From a virus (Duplodnaviria; Caudoviricetes), in IMG/VR virus record IMGVR_UViG_3300005253_000079, positions 1-61,332 of that record: DNA of 61,332 nt, one strand, 5' to 3'. A model generated the notes under the pieces. The model was not told the origin of the DNA. It saw nothing but the letters and a program-made list of their open reading frames with translations, and searched no databases. The stretch's first letter is position 1, and each line of letters begins with the position of its first letter. Made by a program: the position numbers and the translations under genes. This document shows, piece by piece, positions 10,028 to 18,600 of the stretch.

Positions 10028-11061
10028 TACACATCACTCAAGTCTGTACCAGCAGCCGCACGGTTCTGCCACGCCTTAATATAGTCAATACGCAACTCTC
10101 GAGCCGCATTAGAGCGACTCTGGACATAAACCCATATTCCCAACGAGGTAGTCGCATCAGGACCACTACGGACGACACCCTGGAACACGTTGTCAATCCA
10201 CAAACGACAGTCCCTCAGTTCATCAATCGCAACCATGTAGTTGTTAAATGTGGCTGCCACCAAAGAAGCAGGCGGTACTGTCATGGTCCAAGCAACAGCA
10301 TCGCCGGGGTTTCCCCCACCAGACCAGCCTGCGGAACCCGTCATTACAGTAGCAGTATTGCTCGTGACGAACAAGGTCTGACCTTCGGAGGTAATGGTAG
10401 CACCAACAAATTCGTTGACAGTAAAAGCGTGATCGGTGTCTGTTAGGGTTGTGTCGGTAGATGTCATGTTACCCGATGTTCCAACAATGGCACCAGAGTT
10501 GTTCGCAACAATACCTGGTGAGCTAGCAACCGAAGCTACTGCATCAGTACCGCCGTCTGTCTGTAGATCGACCGAAAGGTCGTCGTCTGTGTCAAAGACG
10601 GCAACCGCATAGTCAGCACCTGTTGATGTTGGAGTACCCTTGACTAAAACCTGACCTGCCACTACAGCATCCGCAAACCCTAGCTCAAACTTAGCAAGAG
10701 TAACAGCGTCCTGTAGGGTAGCACGGAAAAGAGCTACGGGTCGGCGATTACCAAGCCAGATCTCGTTGCTGGTCTGGAACATTCGAGCGTCTCGTTCGGT
10801 ATTGGCTCCACCGTCTCCGCCAATAACGCCACCAACCTGGTTAGCGATACGAATAAAGTCGACCTCGGCACCACCAGAGCTATTGCTAACAGTCCAGTCA
10901 TCAGTGTTTAAGACGCCCTGGAAGTCATCAAAGAGCGTGACTACATCTACTGTCTGATAGTCGAGGAGATGGAATAGGGGGTTGGAAGGACCGATTGCAT
11001 CCCGCAGTCTCGATCTGCGAAACATCCTCCCATGAAACTGATTATCGGGTCTCTCTGGCAT
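10027..11061 (-). CDS. ConA/LamG-like beta-sandwich virion protein, paralogue B1
   Basis: FDDF..W, KFELGFAD, DTDDD, RLWIDN, RIDYIKAWQNRA; AAGGAG SD. Confidence 0.6.
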   Translation of the reverse strand: MPERPDNQFHGRMFRRSRLRDAIGPSNPLFHLLDYQTVDVVTLFDDFQGVLNTDDWTVSNSSGGAEVDFIRIANQVGGVIGGDGGANTERDARMFQTSNEIWLGNRRPVALFRATLQDAVTLAKFELGFADAVVAGQVLVKGTPTSTGADYAVAVFDTDDDLSVDLQTDGGTDAVASVASSPGIVANNSGAIVGTSGNMTSTDTTLTDTDHAFTVNEFVGATITSEGQTLFVTSNTATVMTGSAGWSGGGNPGDAVAWTMTVPPASLVAATFNNYMVAIDELRDCRLWIDNVFQGVVRSGPDATTSLGIWVYVQSRSNAARELRIDYIKAWQNRAAAGTDLSDV

Positions 11062-11148
11062 GACTTATTCTCCTTTTATACGCGCCACTATTTCAGGCGG
11101 ACACTAGTCGATCAGAATGCTCCCGACTAGTTAGAGCTATATGCTAGC

Positions 11149-11403
11149 TTAGAAAGAAAGAGTCGGATCGCTCTGGCTAGTAAGGCCAGTATCGTCCTGG
11201 CTACAACAAACGCGAGCCGAGTTCATTACGAAGACAGTGCCTTTCTTGTCAATGTCTTCGCTGTCGCCCCAGAAGACCACAGCATTACCTTGCACAATAC
11301 GTGATAGGTGTTCTTTCTCTTCATCGGTCTCTGGATGCAACTCAATCCGTTCCGGTACTCCTGCAAGTTTCATTACCAATCTCCTCCTATGTTGACTATG
11401 CAC
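11149..11403 (-). CDS. Hypothetical protein (start uncertain)
   Basis: ORF fills a gap in the late operon. Confidence 0.5.
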   Translation of the reverse strand: MHSQHRRRLVMKLAGVPERIELHPETDEEKEHLSRIVQGNAVVFWGDSEDIDKKGTVFVMNSARVCCSQDDTGLTSQSDPTLSF

Positions 11404-11436
11404 TAGCTATAAGATACCTTCAGGCTATTATAACCC

Positions 11437-12324
11437 TTATTCGCTCCTAGTGTCAACCTCTTCCTCAAGGATTCCCTTTAGCTCTCCCTGAGCGGCAACC
11501 TTGACAGCTCGCCCCGCAGGAGGCTTGAGACCCTGCTCGGCTATAATTGAGTTAGCTTCCTTACGGCTATAGCCGTGACTGCCATCTCGGTTAGGTCGCC
11601 TGAGGTGTCTCAGACAGACCATCGACAACTCTCGATCACCAGACATAAGGTACATCTCGAAGTCGCAGTCCTCACAGATAAATCGGCCCACCTCGTCAGT
11701 TCGATCTTCGTAGGACGGAAAAGTGAGACCTGAAATGGGAGGATCGACGTGCCACTTGTAGGCAATAACCTGAGCGAGAGGAAACTCCCTCGCACCACCA
11801 TTCTCGAGCATTGGGCAGAAGTCACTGCCAGGAGGTCCCTTACCGAGAGGAATGGGAGCAACTCCATAGGCTGTCAAAGCCTTAAATCCCTTTGATCCGT
11901 AGTTAACATACGATCCTACGTCCCGCCGTCCGCTGCCAGGAGCAGCCCCACCAGGGCCAGTTGTAACCCAACCAGCCATTAAACCACGATCGGGTCGTTT
12001 GTAATACTGCCAGGGCATACCAGACTGTCCAGCTTCCTTTAACTTCTGCTCATCACCCTGTACTTTACGCAGGCTCCCTAGCTCGGCTTGAAGCTGAACG
12101 ATCTGTTGCTGCATTGCAGCTAGTGCCGCTACCTCCCGGCCTTTAGTCAGGTCTGGTTTCGGAGAAACTTCAATCTTAGGCTGATTTAATTGTCTCTGCT
12201 CTGCTTCGGCAGCCTCAATTGACATTGGAGGCTCGTCAGACGTAGGTACGAAGTCAGGAAGCGCCTCGTTTGGATCATCCACTGCTGCGGCGTGTGGATC
12301 TTTTACCTTATTCTTAACTACCAT
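11437..12324 (-). CDS. Hypothetical protein with coiled coil and C2H2-like zinc finger
   Basis: AALAAMQQQIVQLQAEL; CEDC...HLRR...H. Confidence 0.7.
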   Translation of the reverse strand: MVVKNKVKDPHAAAVDDPNEALPDFVPTSDEPPMSIEAAEAEQRQLNQPKIEVSPKPDLTKGREVAALAAMQQQIVQLQAELGSLRKVQGDEQKLKEAGQSGMPWQYYKRPDRGLMAGWVTTGPGGAAPGSGRRDVGSYVNYGSKGFKALTAYGVAPIPLGKGPPGSDFCPMLENGGAREFPLAQVIAYKWHVDPPISGLTFPSYEDRTDEVGRFICEDCDFEMYLMSGDRELSMVCLRHLRRPNRDGSHGYSRKEANSIIAEQGLKPPAGRAVKVAAQGELKGILEEEVDTRSE

Positions 12325-12857
12325 TATAATATATCTCCTTCTTTTTCCTTAGCGGAATCATATAGTATGCGACCTTTGTCGATAGGAGGTCCTAATGGAC
12401 CAAATACCATAGGATTGCGTGAGGCTTTTTCCTCAGCGATAATGGCGTCTCGATCCTTCAGGATCTCGATAGATGTCTTTGGACCCCAGAATATGCCTAC
12501 TATGCGATACTCTACTTCGCCCTGGGAGTCCTCGAGTGAAGTCTCTCTCGTTGTGGGAAGCTCGACAATGTCAGTACCAGTTTCAGGATCGTATACTCTC
12601 CTCTCCTTTCTCTTCCGCTTACCCTCCCAATCTATAGCATACCAAGCTGTAAAGTCTCCCTGTTCATTGGTTATCCACTTAGGAGCGATGGCAAGAGTAA
12701 GTCCCTGAAGTTCCATACAACGGACAAACAGCTCCTGGTTGCTTCCTAACTCCTGTTCTAGCTCTCGCCCACGAACACCATACTCAAGAGTGAGACTGCC
12801 AACCTTGGTAACAAAGTCGTACTCAGGAGACGCATCAACCTTTATCTGAATAGGCAT
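12324..12857 (-). CDS. Hypothetical protein
   Basis: ORF coupled to its neighbours in the late operon. Confidence 0.7.
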   Translation of the reverse strand: MPIQIKVDASPEYDFVTKVGSLTLEYGVRGRELEQELGSNQELFVRCMELQGLTLAIAPKWITNEQGDFTAWYAIDWEGKRKRKERRVYDPETGTDIVELPTTRETSLEDSQGEVEYRIVGIFWGPKTSIEILKDRDAIIAEEKASRNPMVFGPLGPPIDKGRILYDSAKEKEGDIL

Positions 12858-12859
12858 TC

Positions 12860-13012
12860 CTAATTTGACCTTATAAGCTGGAGGATCTTATGGTATAGGC
12901 TTGTTGATCCCTTTGCCGATGAAGACTGGCCGGGCTTTGTTACAATGCCCGACACGAGCAGAGCTGATACTACCTTGTCAGTCTGCCGGTTTGCAGACGG
13001 TACAATAGGCAT
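12860..13012 (-). CDS. Small hypothetical protein (50 aa, MPIVPSANRQTD...)
   Basis: Manual translation; TAATG overlap with the upstream stop; fills the gap exactly. Confidence 0.55.
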   Translation of the reverse strand: MPIVPSANRQTDKVVSALLVSGIVTKPGQSSSAKGSTSLYHKILQLIRSN

Positions 13013-13341
13013 TACGGAAGACCGCTCCATAGAACTCCCCGCACTCGGGGCGTCTCACTAACGGTAACGTTAATGAATGAGACGTTTGTGGATATTTCTA
13101 GTCCTTGATCAGCATACGCGTCTCCCTCCTCCAATAGAAGGTCTGACGTGGTTGCTGTTACGTCAAAGGCTACAGCGATCGCACCTGGTCCCTCATTGAC
13201 TATAGACACAATTCGCCCCTTCTTACCAGAGGGAACTGTTACTAGGTCTTCAGCCGTTCCTGCTACAGCGAGCGTTACGTTAAATGAAGTGTCCTCGTTT
13301 GCAAACTTCTGTCGTAGTACCGGACGAGTCTTTATTACCAT
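13012..13341 (-). CDS. Small beta-sandwich virion protein (capsid cement-like)
   Basis: R...IVNEG....VAF.......LL..GD pattern; AGAGGAG SD; near MCP. Confidence 0.55.
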   Translation of the reverse strand: MVIKTRPVLRQKFANEDTSFNVTLAVAGTAEDLVTVPSGKKGRIVSIVNEGPGAIAVAFDVTATTSDLLLEEGDAYADQGLEISTNVSFINVTVSETPRVRGVLWSGLP

Positions 13342-13444
13342 ATTAACTTAGTCTCCTCTAAGAGGAGGGGGTCCTACTTGTATTTTTATAGCGCGGGACC
13401 CCCTGTATGTCAGAATAAATCCAACTGGTCGCGCTAATTAAAGG

Positions 13445-13561
13445 CTACTTGGTCTTGGTGCCAATCACCCGACCACCGGAGACGCCCTTGTTGGCAGAGC
13501 CAACTTCACGACTTCCACCGGAGCCTTTATTTTCCTTTCCAACTTGACCATGATCAGCCAT
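13445..13561 (-). CDS. 38-aa Gly/Lys-rich microprotein (MADHGQVGKENKG...)
   Basis: Manual translation; starts 2 nt after the preceding micro-ORF stop. Confidence 0.5.
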   Translation of the reverse strand: MADHGQVGKENKGSGGSREVGSANKGVSGGRVIGTKTK

Positions 13562-13563
13562 AT

Positions 13564-13611
13564 TTACTTACCTTTCCTGCCTTTCTTACCCTTGTGTCCA
13601 TGTTTAGCCAT
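13564..13611 (-). CDS. 15-aa basic microprotein MAKHGHKGKKGRKGK
   Basis: ATG 1 nt after the MCP stop. Confidence 0.45.
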   Translation of the reverse strand: MAKHGHKGKKGRKGK

Positions 13612-13612
13612 C

Positions 13613-14521
13613 TTAGTTAGCCCTAATCAGGACTGCACCAAAGTCGCCCGGAGTGGGATCGCTGTCGGTCGGAGGCGTCTCAGCCGCCCAGATAGCCTCA
13701 GAGGCGTTATACAGATCATAGGCAACAACCCCATCAGAGAGGTTATTAAGAACAAACTGCTGACGCACCGTCGGCAGGATCTGGCGGATCAGGATAACCG
13801 CCTCGCGGTGGAGCAGAGCGCAATCGGACTGACCGCTCGCCGGAATCCGGAGCAGATTCGACCGGAAGGACGGAGCCGCGTAGAGCATGGGCAGAGTGGC
13901 CGACTCGATGACCGGCTTGTTGATAAAGTCCTTACTAGAAAACTTGTCGTTACCAAAGAGAGCGGCAACAGCGCCTGGACTCCAGATCCAGGATGTGTCG
14001 CCCTCATCAGCCGCAGCATCGGCAAGAAACTGCCACGACCGTCGCAGCACGGCGTCATCGGGCTCAGCACCCAAAGCACCAGTGATCTGCGAGAAGCTCT
14101 GGAAGAGGTTAGAAATACTGACCTCGACGCCCCTCATAAGAGCGTAACCGAGACCGTCTGCAATGTTCTTCCGTTCCTCATAGTTAGACTGAGCTGCAAC
14201 TACAGCATTCAGAAGAGCAGCCGCATACTCATAAGTCGAGATCGTGATGGACTGGAAGTTAGTCCCCGAACCCGTTGTACCAGGCTGCGACTGGAAGTGA
14301 ATGGTATTTGAGATACCTTCGGTCTTCGTCTGCGTGTCGTAGTTTGCACGGATCGGAATCTGTAGAGTCCGACCAATGCTCATTTCTGCTTCAAACTTGG
14401 TGTTGACGCGCTTGGAGAGCACCTCCTTAAAGGTGATCGCGTTGCGCGTGTCCTTTGACCAGATTGTAGGCAGAAAGGCAGCATGCGTAGTACTTGTCAT
14501 TTCTCTAGTCGTTACTGACAT
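13613..14521 (-). CDS. Major capsid protein (HK97 fold, P22-coat-like)
   Basis: FLPTIWS...GRTLQIP pattern, 302 aa, immediately after the scaffold-like gene. Confidence 0.8.
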   Translation of the reverse strand: MSVTTREMTSTTHAAFLPTIWSKDTRNAITFKEVLSKRVNTKFEAEMSIGRTLQIPIRANYDTQTKTEGISNTIHFQSQPGTTGSGTNFQSITISTYEYAAALLNAVVAAQSNYEERKNIADGLGYALMRGVEVSISNLFQSFSQITGALGAEPDDAVLRRSWQFLADAAADEGDTSWIWSPGAVAALFGNDKFSSKDFINKPVIESATLPMLYAAPSFRSNLLRIPASGQSDCALLHREAVILIRQILPTVRQQFVLNNLSDGVVAYDLYNASEAIWAAETPPTDSDPTPGDFGAVLIRAN

Positions 14522-14550
14522 TTATACACGTACCTTTCTTATTTACTAAA

Positions 14551-15567
14551 TTATGTAGACTCGCCTAACCATCCCTGCTTGGACAGTTGGTCTACGATCG
14601 ACTGGGCGCGGGTCGTATTGCCCGCTGCTACAGCCTTGTCATACTGGTCCTCAAGATTGCCAGTGATCGGACCCGAAGACTTAGGAGTCTTAGGAGGAGC
14701 CTTCTCCTTAGCTAGTTTTGCTTTCGCAGCCGCGACAGCGTTCTTACCAACTATCTTCTCACCCGCAGTCTTGGCCTTTGACGCACGAGACTTTTCAATC
14801 TCCTGACCTTCGGCACGGCCTAGTCCTACAAGGGTTCGGAACAGACTGGTGAAAAAGTATGGTTTCGCGGCTTCAGCTTGTCTGGCGTCACCCTCCATTC
14901 GACGGAAGGTTTCTACCATTTCGGCAAGCTCACCAGCTTGATCCTCCGACAGCTCAGACAGCCCTTCGTCGCCATCAAAGACAGATGCCCAAGCCTTCTC
15001 AACGGCTGAGTCAAACTGTCCAGAGACGTGAGCGGAAACGGCAGTACCGTAGTCGCTCAAGTGCCCAACTACCTTTTCAGGATCGACGATATCGGACCGG
15101 AAGTCCTCTTGTTTCGCCGCCTTAGCTAGTTCAGCACGGGCTTCAGTGGCAAAGTCCGCGACAGCTTTTGCCGCAAGCTTGCCCCGAGTGACCAGATCCC
15201 CAGAGCGCGATTCAGTCTCGACGCTTCGGACTCTCTGAGAGACCTGTCGCTCAACTTCACGGCGAACCTGCTTTGAAACTTCGTCGGCGAGAGGCTTAGA
15301 CTTGAGAAAGCGATCTTTATAAGCTTCCCCAAGGGCATCAATCGTCTCGTCGTCTAGCTCGCCTGCGTCGTCTGCTTCCTCTTCCTCTTTGGTTTCTGCG
15401 TCGGGGTCCGGAGCCGTTTCAGATTCGTCTTCACTAGTCTGATCGGTATCCGGCTCTACCGAGGCTTCTTCCTCTGTGGATTCGGAAGTTGTCTTGGGCG
15501 CATCATCTTCTGCGCTGTCGTCACTAGCGGGCGTATCGCCCGTCTCGTCTGGATACAGACGTAACAT
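14551..15567 (-). CDS. Capsid scaffolding protein
   Basis: Very acidic N-terminus, helical middle, basic/Pro linker and short C-terminal helix; directly upstream of MCP. Confidence 0.7.
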   Translation of the reverse strand: MLRLYPDETGDTPASDDSAEDDAPKTTSESTEEEASVEPDTDQTSEDESETAPDPDAETKEEEEADDAGELDDETIDALGEAYKDRFLKSKPLADEVSKQVRREVERQVSQRVRSVETESRSGDLVTRGKLAAKAVADFATEARAELAKAAKQEDFRSDIVDPEKVVGHLSDYGTAVSAHVSGQFDSAVEKAWASVFDGDEGLSELSEDQAGELAEMVETFRRMEGDARQAEAAKPYFFTSLFRTLVGLGRAEGQEIEKSRASKAKTAGEKIVGKNAVAAAKAKLAKEKAPPKTPKSSGPITGNLEDQYDKAVAAGNTTRAQSIVDQLSKQGWLGEST

Positions 15568-15593
15568 TAGTTGACCTCCATTTGATCATCTGT

Positions 15594-15623
15594 ATTATAC
15601 ACTATGTCTCTCCTTTGTGTCAA
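15594..15623 (-). promoter_or_regulatory. Sigma70-type promoter for scaffold/MCP
   Basis: TTGACA-18 nt-TATAAT on the minus strand. Confidence 0.8.
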
Positions 15624-15628
15624 TAGAG

Positions 15629-18600
15629 CTACCTCTGCTTTCGCTCTAGAATTATATCAGAGACGCTCCGATCACGGTAGCCCCACTTGATTACTAACTC
15701 GTTGATAGACGGATGTGCCTTCTGCCATCTACGGAGTTCCTGAACCATGATCTGATCAAAGCCTCGCACAATCGGGTCTCTCTTAACTAGAACTTCGGCT
15801 GGTTTAGCACCAAATCTCTTAGCTAGTTCCAGTTCACGCGATGCAACGTAGGCATTAACATCTTCAAACTGTGCAAGCTCTGGCTTCTTTGCCGTAACAA
15901 TATCCCAGGCTTGATCCTTACGATCAAAGTAGCCTGACTCGCGGATGACTTGACGGTCATCCTTTAGTTCCTTATATTCGGGAATCTTTTTAAGATCAAT
16001 CCCCAAATTCTCCACAATCGCGTCATTCCGCAGTGGTCCAACTTGAGCAAGAAAAGTATCCAACTCATCAAACAAAAGCTCGGCAGCATTGGGATCGGTG
16101 TCAGCGGTAGGATGCTTGTCAAAAATTTCAAAGTAGTCAAACATATCCTGTTTGAGGCCGGGTTCGTCAGGACGCTCAGCTTCCCTTAGACCAAAATTCT
16201 CGCGTAAGGAGTTGATTGCTGATCTCCCGCCCCTCGTGCGAAGAGCAACTGTATTTGCAGCCTCTCTAAACTGTCTCCCTGCATCCGGACCTCCTCGACG
16301 GAACGCTTCAGCAGCAGTAGTCAGATCTGCAACAGCCTGATCTGTCAACTCTCTTGACAACTCTCCAAGAATACGGCCCTTTACTCTCTCACCAATAGCT
16401 CCAAGCGCATCTTCGGATCGCTTCTCATATTCCTCTATAATCTCAGGGTGGCGATCCTCAAACCCATCCCGATCAAGAGGATGAAGTTCACCAATCCTCC
16501 GAGGTCCCCGCCCACCTAATTCTGGATAATCCTCTATATTGATAAGGCCCTGAAAAATATCATTGTCTAGCTCCTCAGCAACCTCGACAGATATAGGCGT
16601 GTAGGACTGCGATCCAATACCGACTGTTTCACTCAACCCAAGAGGAGTAGAGGGCCAACCACCTTCCTGGATTGCCTCAATTAGCGACTGTATTGCTAGT
16701 GGAACTATACGGTTAAAGGTTTCCGTTCGCACACTCTCCCAGCTCCCCTCAAGACGCTCTCCCAGGAAGTTCGTACCAGAATACAAGTCAGCTCCCAGAC
16801 CAGGGAAAGGAGCCATTTTAGAACGAATAAAGCGTCCCATAGTTTCAATAAAGCCTATATCTCTGGCCTCGCCGAGAGGATCGATCGTTGTGTTGGTTGC
16901 GATACGACCTGCAAGACGAATCATAGGCCCAAAACCGGCAGTAAGATCAATCCGAGTTGGTCCAATCTTCAGCTTACCCCAATCAGCAGAACGAGGATCC
17001 CACTCAACCTCAGCCAGCCCAGACGCATCAAACAGAGCGAGAGTTGTCATAACCGTTCCCGCATAACCAAGAAAGTGTTTGGCCGCAACCCTACGAACAT
17101 AAGGCGATGAGTGAAGTAGCTGCATGGGAGCCTGAACGCGAGAGGCCTGGAGACGAGCAGCATATAATATCTGGTTCCACAGCCGCGCCTCCTGTTCGAG
17201 AGGACCAAGAGTTCCGCGCCCAGTAAGACGGCTAATGCCACGGCCCATTGCTGTAACATCTTCGAGTGTACCAGCACCGAGACCTTTAGCTATTCCTGTT
17301 CCGCTCAAAATATCCTTACGATACATTTTATATAGATCGAGTCGGAGTTTTGCAAGGAAGAGGCTATAAGAGTCAGCAGTAGCACGGATGACTGGAGGCA
17401 GTTTGAGACCAAGAATCTCAGGCTCGAGTAGGAAGCGTCCTACGAATGAATGCTCAGCATCAGTGAGAATCGTCTCTTCAATAAGCTCGACTCCCGCACC
17501 GCGCTTAGATATTTTTTCGGCAACCTCAACTGCAACTCCATCCGCCTTGGCCGACTCATATAGAGCATCATCAACTATCCCACGCGCATAAGCAACGGTC
17601 CACTCTCTATTCCCAAGACTACTAGCCCATACCCGAACAGATCCTACAGCAGATCTTGTCCACTCTTTAGGAGCCATTAGACCCAACGCGCCCTGCCTAA
17701 GCCAAGCCGAGAAGTCCAGCGGCCCAAACCCGGATAAGAAGACACGCTGGATGTTCACAATCTGGAACAACTCACGCCCTGCCTGTTTAAGAGGACTATC
17801 AAGTGCCTTAATCATAGATCTGGAAAAGTCTTCACCGAAGACATTGCGAAGAAGAGTTCGCTCACCACTGGCAACATCGTAGCCATCGAGCAGCTTAGTT
17901 AGTGCATCAATTGCATTACCTGCTGAGAGCCTTTGTCCAGGCCCATAGTGATTTGCAATCTGAGTCTCCAGATCAACAATCTCATCGGCTGTAAAGAACT
18001 GACGTGGCGGGTCGATCGTAGGCAGCTTTCGCTTACCTTTCAATCCACCATAGAGAGCACTAGTTAGTTCACCAGGCTTACGCCCCTCTTTAGTCAGGAC
18101 CGCCTCGAACTGTCGAGACGCCTTTGCAACTGCGGCCTCTAGACGCTTCTGGGCGATCGCACGTTGCTCTGAGCCAAGACGCTGAGCACCGCGAAGAACC
18201 TGCTTTAAGCGATCGACCGGACTACCAGTCTGATTGGGCTGGAGACGGTGCAAACGTCCACCAGGGAGAGCCGAAGCAGCCTCATCTTGTAGTCGTCCTA
18301 ACTCCTCAGCCCCTTCGGGGGGCTCTGCCCGTGCTCGTTCACTAGTAACCTGGTCCAGATCCTTCTTGGCCTTGTCTACAGCCTTTTTCGCACGAGTAAC
18401 CACCTGCTTGTTTTTCTTAGCTGCCTTTGTTCCAATACCAGGGACTCTCTTAGCCTGTGCCGCAGCGAGACGAGCTTGAGCGTTCTGAAAGCGACCTTCC
18501 GCAGTTGATACAGCTTCACGAGCCGGAGCAGCTCGTTGGAGAGGCACCTCTACGGTTTCGGTTGCCTCAGAAGCAGCAGCTCCCTGAGGGCGAGAGGGAA

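Noticed and set aside
1-11061. Diversity-generating retroelement acting on fibre or paralogues
   Set aside because: No reverse transcriptase and no TR/VR pair with adenine-specific mismatches noticed
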